Shown one piece after another: positions 17,297-26,087 of a stretch of 32,000 nt of DNA (position 1 is the stretch's first letter; every line of letters begins with the position of its first letter). The notes under the pieces were generated by a model. That model saw only the letters and a program-made list of their open reading frames with translations. It was not told where the DNA came from and did not search any database. The DNA is taken from positions 3,450,001 through 3,482,000 of the forward strand of contig NC_010814.1 in NCBI RefSeq assembly GCF_000020385.1, given 5' to 3'. This stretch comes from Trichlorobacter lovleyi SZ (lineage in GTDB: Bacteria > Desulfobacterota > Desulfuromonadia > Geobacterales > Pseudopelobacteraceae). The position numbers were made by a program, and so were the translations under genes.

Positions 17297-17441
17297 ACAG
17301 AGCCTGCCCCAGTCAAATGTGCTGCCAGCAGTGTTAACGATATGCCCGGCACGGCAATGCTGCTGACAGGAGTTGCATAGATGGATTTTGTTGGTATACC
17401 TGTGGGACATGACAAGGAACAGCACAAGCACCTGGAGCTCG

Positions 17442-18392
17442 ATGGAAGACACCAGTAGACATACGGAAATATGGGCTGTCGGAGGGGGTAAGGGAGGGAC
17501 CGGCAAGAGTTTCATCACCAGCAGCATGGGTACGTGCCTGGCGCTGAAAGGCAAAAAGACACTGCTGTTGGATGCAGACCTGGGCGGGGCAAACCTGCAC
17601 AATTTCTTCGGGCTGATCAGTCCCAAGCGTTCGCTGACTGATTTTTTTGAAAAAAGGGCGCTGCTGCAGGAGCTGATTGTACATACCGGGATCGCCAACC
17701 TGGAACTGATTACCGGCTCAACCGGCTCACTTGACTCCGAGAGTATCAACTATGCTCAAAAGCAAAGGCTGTTCCGGCATATACGAGCGCTTGATGCGGA
17801 TACGATCCTGATCGATCTTGGAGGTGGCACGCACATCAACACGCTTGATACGTTCCTGCTGGCCGACAAGATGGTCGTCGTGACGGTTCCCGAGATCACT
17901 GCCATCGAAAACATGTATCAATTTGTAAAGAGCGTGTATTACCGCAAGCTCAAGTCCATCTTCAAGGCCTATGAACTGAATACCGTGGTGCAGGATACCT
18001 GGAAAAACCGGACCGTTCACAACATTCGCAACCTGAAGGATCTTATCGGCTATCTCAAGCAGGGATCAGACCAGATCCGTGATATCTTCATTCGCGAGAT
18101 GTCAGGTTTTGTTGTGCATATCATTCTCAACGAGGTGCGATCCCCCAAGGATATCCTGATCGGCGAGAACCTGAAGCGGGCCTGCGTTAACTTTCTTGGT
18201 CTGCAGGTGGTTTACTCGGGTTATGCAAGCTACGACGAGGCGGTACATAAAAGCATCAACAACAAAGAGGCGTTTATGCTTTTTAATCGCCTTTCGCCGG
18301 TCGTTAAAGAGATCAGGCAACTGACGGAACATATCGAAACAGAAACCGGTTTTTCCGTACCAGAGGATCTTCTTGATGGAAGAATATTATAA
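17442..18392 (+). CDS. MinD/ParA-family P-loop ATPase (deviant Walker A)
   Basis: GGGKGGTGKS is a deviant Walker A with the signature lysine, followed by LLLDADLGGANL (switch I-like) and ILIDLGGG (Walker B-like). I place the start at the ATG at 17442 (MEDTSRHTEIWAVGGG...). The track's longer N-terminus has no SD. Confidence 0.8.
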   Translation: MEDTSRHTEIWAVGGGKGGTGKSFITSSMGTCLALKGKKTLLLDADLGGANLHNFFGLISPKRSLTDFFEKRALLQELIVHTGIANLELITGSTGSLDSESINYAQKQRLFRHIRALDADTILIDLGGGTHINTLDTFLLADKMVVVTVPEITAIENMYQFVKSVYYRKLKSIFKAYELNTVVQDTWKNRTVHNIRNLKDLIGYLKQGSDQIRDIFIREMSGFVVHIILNEVRSPKDILIGENLKRACVNFLGLQVVYSGYASYDEAVHKSINNKEAFMLFNRLSPVVKEIRQLTEHIETETGFSVPEDLLDGRIL

Positions 18393-18915
18393 CTACCTGG
18401 ATCTCCTCGAACTGACGCCGGAAGCCACTCCCGCAGATATCCGCAGAAGGTACCGCTACCTCAAAAACCTGTATGCCGGGGATTCCATTGAGATCAGGGC
18501 ACTCGCTAACGATTTCTCCGATGAGATCAGGGCAGATTACCTTGCCCGCCTGGATGACGCATTTAAAAAACTCAGCGAGCTGCCTGAAAAGAGCACGACC
18601 GGAGCACCACTACCCGGACCTGGCCTGGACGACGAGCTGCGCCTCTGGCTTACACAGGTCGATTGCTTTACTGGTGCAACCCTCAGAAACATCCGGGAGC
18701 GGATGAAGGTCGATTTAAAGACCATCTTTACCGTTACCCGGATACAGACACATTTTCTTGAGGCGATCGAAGGCGAGGCATTTCAGTCGTTTCCGGCAGA
18801 GGTCTACCTGCGGAGCTACCTGATTGAGTATGCCCGGTTTCTTTCGTTGGATACCCAGCGGGTTCTCAACGACTACCTGGCCCGCTACCGGGACTGGACC
18901 GCACAACAGGCGTAA
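18376..18915 (+). CDS. Degenerate J-domain (HPD replaced by AGD) plus RodZ-type HTH_25 domain protein, no TM segment
   Basis: The N-terminus NYLDLLELTPEATPADIRRRYRYLKNLYAGDS aligns position by position with J-domain helices I-II, but AGD stands in place of HPD. The C-terminus LRNIRERMKVDLKTIFTVTRIQTHFLEAIEGEAFQSFPAEVYLRSYLIEYARFLSLD matches the RodZ N-terminal HTH. The ATG at 18376 overlaps the ATPase gene by 17 nt. Confidence 0.65.
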   Translation: MEEYYNYLDLLELTPEATPADIRRRYRYLKNLYAGDSIEIRALANDFSDEIRADYLARLDDAFKKLSELPEKSTTGAPLPGPGLDDELRLWLTQVDCFTGATLRNIRERMKVDLKTIFTVTRIQTHFLEAIEGEAFQSFPAEVYLRSYLIEYARFLSLDTQRVLNDYLARYRDWTAQQA

Positions 18916-18924
18916 GCGGTGCGG

Positions 18925-19767
18925 CTACTTCAATCTGATACCGTCGTCAGACATGGTGATCAGGCCTTCGCGGTAGAGCCCCCCCACCGCTTTTTTGAAG
19001 CTCTTTTTACTTAACTTCAGCAGCCCGGAGATCGATTCCGGGCTGCTTTTGTCGTTTAAGGGCAGTAAACCGTCCGGGGCATTGGTCAGCGCCGCAAGCA
19101 CCAGATCACGGTCAGAGCGGGCCTCCTGGGCACCACCCTTGCGCAGAGTGATATCAATCCTGCCACCATCCCGGATTTTCTTGACATAGCCCCACAGCCG
19201 TTCCCCTGCCTTGGGCCTGCCATACAATTCGTTGCGGAACAGCATGCCGGCGTAGCGGCCATTAACCACTACCTTGGCCCCCAGGTCAGTATAGGCATAG
19301 ATGAAAAGATCCACCCCATCCCCTTCAGCCAGTGCAGCATCAGCAGGTTTTAAAAAGCGGTCCAGCCGGGCGGAGGCGGCAATCCTGCCGCTGCTGTCCC
19401 GATAGAGGCAGACCAGCACCTGTTCCCCCTTTTTAACCGGCGCAAGCTGCTCGCCAAAGGGGAGCAGCAGGTCTTTGTCCAGCCCCCAATCCAGGAAGGA
19501 ACCGACCTTGGCATTGGTGTCCTTGACCTTTAGGAGGGCAAACTCACCCATCACGGCAAACGGCTTCTGAACCGTTGCCACCGGACGATCTTCTGAATCA
19601 AGATAGACAAATACCTCCAGCTCGGTTCCAATTTTTGCACCTTCAGGAATAAACTTGCCCGGCAGCAGGATATCCCCTTCTTCTGAGGCTAAAAAGGCCC
19701 CTGACGGGGTGATTCTGGCTATTTTCAGACGGCTGTACTGACCAATTAACGGCATAGAGTCTCTCAT
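18925..19767 (-). CDS. CvfB/YitL-family S1-like RNA-binding protein
   Basis: 280 aa with repeated S1-like modules (G.FL...DILLP, GSFLDWGLDKDLLLP) and a C-terminal winged-helix-like tail (SKKSFKKAVGGLYREGLI). The ATG at 19767 overlaps the pqiC-like stop (ATGA). The ATG at 19755 is an alternative start. Confidence 0.75.
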   Translation of the reverse strand: MRDSMPLIGQYSRLKIARITPSGAFLASEEGDILLPGKFIPEGAKIGTELEVFVYLDSEDRPVATVQKPFAVMGEFALLKVKDTNAKVGSFLDWGLDKDLLLPFGEQLAPVKKGEQVLVCLYRDSSGRIAASARLDRFLKPADAALAEGDGVDLFIYAYTDLGAKVVVNGRYAGMLFRNELYGRPKAGERLWGYVKKIRDGGRIDITLRKGGAQEARSDRDLVLAALTNAPDGLLPLNDKSSPESISGLLKLSKKSFKKAVGGLYREGLITMSDDGIRLK

Positions 19768-20363
19768 TCTTTTGTCTGCAGGCTGCGAAGGGATTGAACC
19801 ATTTCTTTGGACAGGGCTGCAACGGCCCGGCTGTAACCGGCCACCACCGCTTCATAGTCAGCAGAGCCAATTGTTTCAACCATCTTTGAGCGTCCGGTTA
19901 CCGGCCTGGTATCTTTTGCGCTGCGAATCTCCCAGAGCGCGTCAACCACAACCGTGTTACCTGTCAGTTCAAAACGCTGGAGATCAACAAACAGCCGGTA
20001 GTCTGCGCTGTTTGCTGCATGCTGGGGATAGGCGGAGACACGGTCACTGTTCATCAAGCGGGAAATATTGTCGGCCAGCAAGCGCGGAATCGCCGATTTC
20101 AACGGTTCTGCCCAGCGATGGCTTTCAAGGATGGCAACCCGCGTCCCTGCGTCAGGCACCACAAGTTGAGGCCGATCAATCAGCTCTGGCAACGTTACTG
20201 ATGCAATGGCGATGCTGGGACCTGTTACCCTGGGGATCGTCATCTCAGCCACCAGCGGTGTCAGGGTATAGAAGGTAGTCTGGGGTGATCTTCCGCAGCC
20301 AGCCAGCACAAGCAGGCCGGTCAGGCCGTACACTATGGCTGCAAGCAAGGGTTTGACACTCAT
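19764..20363 (-). CDS. pqiC: PqiC/YmbA-family (DUF330) lipoprotein
   Basis: Signal peptide with lipobox LLVLAGC. Size and position directly after pqiB fit PqiC. The start overlaps the pqiB stop (4 nt). Confidence 0.75.
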   Translation of the reverse strand: MSVKPLLAAIVYGLTGLLVLAGCGRSPQTTFYTLTPLVAEMTIPRVTGPSIAIASVTLPELIDRPQLVVPDAGTRVAILESHRWAEPLKSAIPRLLADNISRLMNSDRVSAYPQHAANSADYRLFVDLQRFELTGNTVVVDALWEIRSAKDTRPVTGRSKMVETIGSADYEAVVAGYSRAVAALSKEMVQSLRSLQTKE

Positions 20364-22027
20364 CGCTGATCCTCCTTTTTACCACGGAGCAGGGCTTCAG
20401 GATTACGCTCCAGATAATCACCCAATACCCGCAAGGACTGGGCAGCCCGCCCCAGCTCACGCAGGGTGTCGCGCAGATCAACCTGCAGCGGTGCATCGGC
20501 CGACATGGTCTGCTTGACCTCTGCCAAAGCCTTGTTGGCGCCATCCAGGGTCTTGCGGACATCCTCCATCATCAGCCGTGTCTCCGGCACCACCGAGGTG
20601 TCAATATTCTTCAGCAGTTTGTCGGCACTCTTCAGAGTTGTATCCAACGTCTGGACCGTCTTGCGTGCATCACCCGCCAGCTCCTCAAGTGGTAACCGCT
20701 CAAGTTTCTGGACAATCTGGGTCAGAGAGGCCTGCAACTGAGCCATATTACCGCTCACCGTGGGTAGTACCGGAGGATTGCCATGCCAATCAATTCTGGC
20801 CGTTGGAACCCCCGGGAAGAAGTCCAGTGCCACATAGAGCTGTCCGGTCAACAGATTGCCGCTTTTGAGTTGTGCCCGAAAGCCCTGTTTTACCATGGCA
20901 TCCAGCAGCTTACGCGAGTCAACAGTAGCTCTCTGATCGGATGTTGCACCTGAGCGGGGCTTGACCCGCTCAGGGTAGAACCTGATCTGGACCGCCATGA
21001 TGACCTTTTTACTTGCAGGGTCAATTTCAGCTTTTATCTTGGTGACCTCGCCCACCGTAATACCACGCAGGTCCACCGGGGCTCCAACCGTTAGCCCCCG
21101 TACCGACTCGCTGAACAGCAGCCGGTAGTTTTCAACCGTACTGTCCGGGCTCTTGATGGCCACTTCGCGATTTTCAAACAGCGTAAAATGCCGATTTTGC
21201 TCGGCCTGCTGATACTCTTCAAAATCTTCCGGGGTCTGAAAAGCAATTCCGCCCATCATCACCGAAAGCAGTGATTCGGTATTAATCTTGACGCCATTGG
21301 CATCCAGGCTGAAATCAATGCCGCTGGCATGCCAGAAACGGGTATTCTGGCGGACATACTTGTCGTAGGGGGCCCGCACAAAGATCCTTAGCAGGATCGT
21401 CTCACCATCCTGATCGAGTTCATTGGAGACCACTTCGCCCACCTGCAGGTGGCGGTAAAAAATCGGGGATCCGACATTCAGAGAACCGAGATCATCGGCA
21501 TGCAGAACGAACTGGCGCCCCGGCACATCCATCGTCACCACCGGCGGTGTTTCCAGACCGGTAAAGGCGGTTTTATCCTCCTGTGAGCTGCCCACATCCA
21601 TCCCGATGTAGGTGCCGCCGGTGAGAGTTCCCAAACCGGTAATACTGCTGCCGGTGATCCGCGCCCGCACCACCCAGAAGCGTGTGTCGGCCTTCATAAA
21701 CTCAGCTGCATCACGCTCAATCTCGGCGGTCACCACCACACTGGAACGGTCACTGGAGATGCTCACGTCCCGGACCAGACCGATCTGAACATCCTTGTAC
21801 TTGATCTTGGTCTTGCCCTCCTCAATCCCCTCGCCGCTTTTAAAGCTGATGGTAATAGTCGGCCCCTTTTCCAGATACGCCTTGATCCCCAGCGAAAGTC
21901 CGATAATCAGTGCAACGACCGGTATCAGCCAGATCAGTTGCGATGAACGGTGACGCCGACGGTCGACGATAGCTTCCGGAATATCAGCCGTTTGAGCTGA
22001 CCCTGGATTGGTGACTGTTTCACTCAT
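20360..22027 (-). CDS. pqiB: PqiB-like multi-MCE-domain intermembrane transport protein
   Basis: 555 aa with an N-terminal TM segment (LIWLIPVVALIIGLSLGI), three MCE/MlaD-like repeats and a C-terminal helical region. Architecture and N-terminal region align with E. coli PqiB. Confidence 0.9.
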   Translation of the reverse strand: MSETVTNPGSAQTADIPEAIVDRRRHRSSQLIWLIPVVALIIGLSLGIKAYLEKGPTITISFKSGEGIEEGKTKIKYKDVQIGLVRDVSISSDRSSVVVTAEIERDAAEFMKADTRFWVVRARITGSSITGLGTLTGGTYIGMDVGSSQEDKTAFTGLETPPVVTMDVPGRQFVLHADDLGSLNVGSPIFYRHLQVGEVVSNELDQDGETILLRIFVRAPYDKYVRQNTRFWHASGIDFSLDANGVKINTESLLSVMMGGIAFQTPEDFEEYQQAEQNRHFTLFENREVAIKSPDSTVENYRLLFSESVRGLTVGAPVDLRGITVGEVTKIKAEIDPASKKVIMAVQIRFYPERVKPRSGATSDQRATVDSRKLLDAMVKQGFRAQLKSGNLLTGQLYVALDFFPGVPTARIDWHGNPPVLPTVSGNMAQLQASLTQIVQKLERLPLEELAGDARKTVQTLDTTLKSADKLLKNIDTSVVPETRLMMEDVRKTLDGANKALAEVKQTMSADAPLQVDLRDTLRELGRAAQSLRVLGDYLERNPEALLRGKKEDQR

Positions 22028-22658
22028 ACGTTCTCTCTTTTCTCAGCGGGTCCCACATCAAACGCGGGTCAAACTCCATGGCGGCAAACATGGTCAGCAC
22101 CACCACCGCACCAAAGGCAATCGCACCGGCACCTGCCCTGACCGTGGCAAAGGACTGAATCTGTACCAGCGCTGCCAACAGGGTTACGACAAAAATATCC
22201 AGCATCGACCAGCGCCCCACCAGTTCCACGATCCTGTACAGCTTGATCCGGTGCTTGATCCCCCAGGTTGAACCACGCCGGACCGATAGAAGCAGCAGGG
22301 TCAGGACCACCAGTTTGAAAAGCGGCACCAGAATGCTGGCAATGAATACAATCGTTGCGATGCCCGGATTGCCGTTGTGCCAGAGATGGATCACCCCGCT
22401 CAGGATGGTATCCTTGCGATAGCTGATCAGGGTACCGGTCTCCATCATGACCATCAGGTTTGCCGGAATGTAGAGGATATAAGAGGCGAGCAACAATGCC
22501 CAGCACCGGCGCAGGCTGTCCGGCCTGCGAAAGTAAAGTTTCGTCCAGCAGCGGGGGCAACGGGCTGCAGTCTCTCCCGGCTGCGGCCTGGAGACCAGAC
22601 CGCAGACATGGCAGGAGCAAAACCCCTGAGCGGCTGCAGATCTGCCGGGCCATTCCAT
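22020..22658 (-). CDS. pqiA: PqiA-family membrane protein (half-size, second copy)
   Basis: 212 aa with a zinc-ribbon-like motif (CHVCG...CPRC) followed by 4 TM segments. The ATG is directly adjacent to the upstream stop (TAGATG), and the 3' end overlaps pqiB by 8 nt. Confidence 0.85.
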   Translation of the reverse strand: MEWPGRSAAAQGFCSCHVCGLVSRPQPGETAARCPRCWTKLYFRRPDSLRRCWALLLASYILYIPANLMVMMETGTLISYRKDTILSGVIHLWHNGNPGIATIVFIASILVPLFKLVVLTLLLLSVRRGSTWGIKHRIKLYRIVELVGRWSMLDIFVVTLLAALVQIQSFATVRAGAGAIAFGAVVVLTMFAAMEFDPRLMWDPLRKERTYE

Positions 22659-23288
22659 CTAGACACCACTCCTGCGCTGTTTCAGGTCCAGATGCGCCCA
22701 GACATCACGCTGATTGAATGAAGAGGCCAGTGCCGCCAACAGAAGCGTTAACCCACCGAAGGACCAGAGTGCCACACCCGGTATAATCCTGAAGTCCTGC
22801 ACCAGTTTGACCAGTGACACCAGAATCCCCAGCATGAACACTTCAACCATGCCCCACGGCTTGATGGCGTGCAAAAGCCGCATGATCAGACTGGTCCCTG
22901 GCGGCACATGCCCCCGATACAGCGGCAAGAGCAGATAGAGCATCATCACCAGCTCCAGCCCGGGCACCAGAATGGCAGTCACAAAGGTAAGCGTTGAGAC
23001 CAGTGGCATATCCTGCCTCCAAAGCTCTTGCACCGCCTGCAAGAGGGTCACTGCATTACCGTTACCCTGCAGATTGATCCCAAGGACGGGAAAGGCGTTG
23101 GCAACCAGAAACAGGACTGCAGCAGCCACCGTTAGCGCCAGGCTGCGATTCAGGCTGTCGGGGAGGTTCCGGTACAGTGTTGCCCCGCAACAACAGCAGC
23201 AGGCCGATCCGCCGGGTGGCAACGAAATTTCCTGCAACAGCAGATCACATTCAGGGCAGGCTATCAGGGTCGTATGAGCTGATGACAT
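22659..23288 (-). CDS. pqiA: PqiA-family membrane protein (half-size, first copy)
   Basis: 209 aa with CPECD...CCCCG metal-binding-like motifs followed by 4 TM segments. First gene of the pqi operon. Confidence 0.85.
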   Translation of the reverse strand: MSSAHTTLIACPECDLLLQEISLPPGGSACCCCCGATLYRNLPDSLNRSLALTVAAAVLFLVANAFPVLGINLQGNGNAVTLLQAVQELWRQDMPLVSTLTFVTAILVPGLELVMMLYLLLPLYRGHVPPGTSLIMRLLHAIKPWGMVEVFMLGILVSLVKLVQDFRIIPGVALWSFGGLTLLLAALASSFNQRDVWAHLDLKQRRSGV

Positions 23289-23296
23289 AGAAAAAA

Positions 23297-23324
23297 ACTA
23301 TAAACGAGAGACACAGAATGTCAA
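23297..23324 (-). promoter_or_regulatory. Strong sigma70-type promoter (TTGACA-N16-TATAGT) for the pqi operon
   Basis: On the minus strand, TTGACA is the complement of 23319-23324 and TATAGT is the complement of 23297-23302, with a 16-nt spacer. The -10 hexamer ends only 8 nt before the pqiA ATG (23288), and no SD is present. Confidence 0.55.
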
Positions 23325-23429
23325 TCAGTCGTAACGCTCCAAACCAGTACGTTTGACGGCTTTTTTGTGGCACGAATACGGCTGGTGATGCTATAGTACC
23401 GTCGTTTCTACATCAGCGAGGTGTATACC

Positions 23430-24452
23430 ATGAACAATCGTTTTCTTGATGCCTGTTGGGGTAAGCCGGTGGACCGCACTCCGGTCTGGTTGATGCGTCA
23501 GGCCGGCCGTTATCTGCCTGAGTATATGGCTGTCCGTTCCCGCTGCAGCTTTCTTGAACTGTGCAAGACCCCTGAACTGGCGGCAGAAGTCACCATCCAG
23601 CCGGTGGATATCCTAGGTGTGGATGCCGCCATCCTCTTTTCCGATATCCTGACGCCGGTGGAGCCAATGGGGCTGAAACTGGACTTTGTGCCGGGTCCGG
23701 TCTTTGAGAATCCGGTGCGGACGATGGCTGATGTGGAGAAACTGCGCATTCCCGACCCTGAAGCCGATGTCCCCTATGTCTTGCAGGCGATCAGGATCCT
23801 GCGCAAGGAGTTGGCCGGAAAGGTACCGCTGATCGGTTTTGGCGGAGCACCGTTTACGCTGGCCTGCTACATGGTGGAAGGCAAAGGCTCCAAAGACTGG
23901 GCCACCATCAAGCGGATGATGTATGCCGCGCCTGACGTCTATGCCGCCCTGATGGAAAAAGTCACCATGATGGATATGGAGTACCTGAATGCCCAGATCA
24001 GAGCCGGTGCCCAGGCGATCCAGATCTTCGATACCTGGGGCGGGGTACTCTCACCCACTGACTATGAAAAATACGTCCTGCCCTATACTACAAAACTGAT
24101 TAATGGTCTGAACCGCAAAGAGACGCCGGTCATCCATTTCGTGAAAGGTTCCGGCACCATGCTGCCTGTTGTACAAAAGGCTGGCGGCGATGTCATGGGG
24201 CTGGACTGGCACATCAATCTTGGCTCTGCCCGCGATATTCTGGGGCCAGAGATGGCAGTACAGGGCAACCTTGATCCAACCACACTCTATGCCCCCCATG
24301 CCGTCATCGAGCAGGAAGTGAAGCGGGTACTGAATGAAAACGCCGGCCGTCCGGGTCATATCTTTAACCTGGGCCACGGCATTCTGCCCACCGTACCGCC
24401 GGAAAACGCCAAGTTCATGGTGGACTGCGTACATAGACTCTCTCAAAGGTAA
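23430..24452 (+). CDS. hemE: Uroporphyrinogen decarboxylase
   Basis: PVWLMRQAGRYLPEY is the hallmark HemE N-terminal motif, and the protein is of typical full length. I place the start at the ATG at 23430, with GAGGTG 6 nt upstream. The track start at 23421 is a GTG. Confidence 0.95.
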   Translation: MNNRFLDACWGKPVDRTPVWLMRQAGRYLPEYMAVRSRCSFLELCKTPELAAEVTIQPVDILGVDAAILFSDILTPVEPMGLKLDFVPGPVFENPVRTMADVEKLRIPDPEADVPYVLQAIRILRKELAGKVPLIGFGGAPFTLACYMVEGKGSKDWATIKRMMYAAPDVYAALMEKVTMMDMEYLNAQIRAGAQAIQIFDTWGGVLSPTDYEKYVLPYTTKLINGLNRKETPVIHFVKGSGTMLPVVQKAGGDVMGLDWHINLGSARDILGPEMAVQGNLDPTTLYAPHAVIEQEVKRVLNENAGRPGHIFNLGHGILPTVPPENAKFMVDCVHRLSQR

Positions 24453-24459
24453 ACCGCCC

Positions 24460-24813
24460 ATGTCTATCTCCATGAAAAATATCGTGTTGTTTGTCACTGA
24501 CCTGCAAAAGGCCAAGACCTTTTATGCCGACCTGCTGGGCCTGCCGCTGGCCGGCGAAAGCCAGATGATGATGGAATTTTTTCCCGGTTCTGTTACCACG
24601 CTAGGAATAGCTCTGGCGCTGCAGGACGACGCCAAGGCACTGGTGGGGCGCTACACCGGCATTTCCCTCAATGTGAAAGGGATTGACAAACTCTGTGACC
24701 GCCTGAAAGCTGCCGGTGCAACGTTTATTGAACCGCTGGAAGAATCTCCTTGGGGCAAGATGGCGGTGGTGGCTGATCCGGACGGCAACCAGTTTGCCCT
24801 GGTGGAAATGTAG
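24460..24813 (+). CDS. VOC family (glyoxalase/bleomycin-resistance fold) protein
   Basis: 117 aa with the VOC pattern: IVLFVTDLQKAKTFYADLLGL... near the N-terminus and ...DPDGNQFALVE at the C-terminus. It starts 8 nt after hemE. Confidence 0.75.
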   Translation: MSISMKNIVLFVTDLQKAKTFYADLLGLPLAGESQMMMEFFPGSVTTLGIALALQDDAKALVGRYTGISLNVKGIDKLCDRLKAAGATFIEPLEESPWGKMAVVADPDGNQFALVEM

Positions 24814-24834
24814 GGATGCTCTTTTTTCATCCCT
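24812..24834 (+). terminator. Weak hairpin after the VOC gene
   Basis: agggatg (24812-24818) pairs with catccct (24828-24834) around a 9-nt U-rich loop. The sequence after the stem is not U-rich, so this may be only a partial terminator or processing site. Confidence 0.25.
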
Positions 24835-24855
24835 CTATCTTGCAGGAATTCTATT

Positions 24856-25326
24856 ATGATGCTGCCTGTTGACACCACTATCCTGGACAACCTGACTGAG
24901 AAGGCCAAGGCGTCTCCACGGCTGCGGATGAACCACAATTTTCATCCGGCCAATGAATCCACCTGCCATCGTCTGTTAAACGCCATTGAACCCGGCTCAT
25001 ACATTCGCCCCCACTGCCATCTTGCCCCTGAAAAGGACGAGAGTTTTGTCTTGTTGCGTGGTCAGCTTGGGGTGATCTGCTTTGACGCTGACGGCAAGGT
25101 AACCGAAACCGCACTGCTGGTTGCCGGCACAGACCAAGCCGTTGTTACCATTCCCCATGGGGTTTTTCATACTGCTGTCAGCCTTGCACCTGGCACCATC
25201 TTTTTTGAGGCCAAGGCAGGCCCTTATATCCCTTTTAGTGAAACAGAAATCGCCTCATGGGCTCCGTTAGATACAGCCCCTGCCGCACCTGCCTACCTGC
25301 AACAGTTATGCGCGCTTTTCAATTAA
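24856..25326 (+). CDS. WbuC-family cupin-fold protein
   Basis: SPRLRMNHNFHP...CHRLLNAIEPGSYIRPHCH...ESFVLLRG matches my memory of the WbuC cupin family. AGGAA lies 7 nt upstream of the ATG. Confidence 0.65.
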   Translation: MMLPVDTTILDNLTEKAKASPRLRMNHNFHPANESTCHRLLNAIEPGSYIRPHCHLAPEKDESFVLLRGQLGVICFDADGKVTETALLVAGTDQAVVTIPHGVFHTAVSLAPGTIFFEAKAGPYIPFSETEIASWAPLDTAPAAPAYLQQLCALFN

Positions 25327-25895
25327 CACTGTTTGTTTTTCTGCTGTTTTTGAGCACCACAAGTCAGGCAGCCCCCAAAATGCGGCCTTACAGCGGTATC
25401 GGCGTACTGCAACTTTCCTCAGTAGGGGTCACCGATGCGATTCCGCTCTACGACGACCCGGGTATTGCACGTTGTTGCAGAGTCGAATCATCCGCCATCA
25501 AGGAACTGAACCGCTGGCTCTTCGGTGGGGAGCGTCCCCCTTCCTTGCTGGTAACAACCCGTAAAGGTGACTGGCTTGAGGTTGAACATGACGATGCCGG
25601 TAGAACCGGCTGGATTATGCAGGAACGACGTTGGAGTTACACTCCGTGGGAACAGTATCTGAAAGGCAAGCTGGCGTTATTTCTTCGCAATAGCCCCAAG
25701 AAATTGACTCAGGTGGTGCCGCGGCCCGGCGCATCTGAAGGTACACCACTATCATCAAAACATCCGATGAAGATTATTCTTGCTCAAGGTGACTGGGCCT
25801 ATGTCCTGCTTGACCAAAACAGCGCCGGCTGGATCAGATGGCGTGACAGTGACGGACGCCTGTTAGTCGGTTTCGATGTCCCCCTGGCCAAATAA
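25308..25895 (+). CDS. Secreted protein with two SH3b-like motifs
   Basis: The ATG at 25308 gives the signal peptide MRAFQLTLFVFLLFLSTTSQA. GDWLEVEHDDAGRTGWI and GDWAYVLLDQNSAGWIRW resemble bacterial SH3 domains. The ORF overlaps the WbuC-like gene by 19 nt. Confidence 0.55.
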   Translation: MRAFQLTLFVFLLFLSTTSQAAPKMRPYSGIGVLQLSSVGVTDAIPLYDDPGIARCCRVESSAIKELNRWLFGGERPPSLLVTTRKGDWLEVEHDDAGRTGWIMQERRWSYTPWEQYLKGKLALFLRNSPKKLTQVVPRPGASEGTPLSSKHPMKIILAQGDWAYVLLDQNSAGWIRWRDSDGRLLVGFDVPLAK

Positions 25896-26048
25896 TCCGT
25901 TGACGCCCTGCGGCTGCACATGTTATGAGTCCCTCGTATGATTTCTACATTTACTCTCATCGTAGTAGCACGAGCTATCACCGCCGCGGCAAACACAGCC
26001 GCGGAGATCGCTGCTGCCCGCTGATCGTTTCGACACACCCGTTACTGA

Positions 26049-26087
26049 ACAGCCGTAGGCATGCAGCCTGCGGCTGTTTTCGTTTTC
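26049..26087 (+). terminator. Strong intrinsic terminator 34 nt upstream of the aminotransferase ATG (candidate attenuator)
   Basis: Continuous 12-bp stem pairing 26049-26060 with 26066-26077 (one G.U pair at 26056/26070), loop atgca, then TTTTCGTTTTC. Confidence 0.6.

Noticed and set aside
17105-17749. 214-aa minus-strand ORF bridging the MFS 3' end, the intergenic region and the ATPase 5' end
   Set aside because: It overlaps two better-supported plus-strand genes, is Ser/Pro/Leu-rich without domains, and has no SD.
23367-23382. Sigma54-like motif TGGCAC-N5-CGGCT (GG-N10-GC spacing) upstream of hemE
   Set aside because: The -24 half is perfect, but the -12 half (CGGC rather than TTGC) is poor, and no enhancer-binding protein context is present. 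An extended -10 (TGcTATAGT, 23389-23397) explains hemE transcription more simply. Not reported as a feature.
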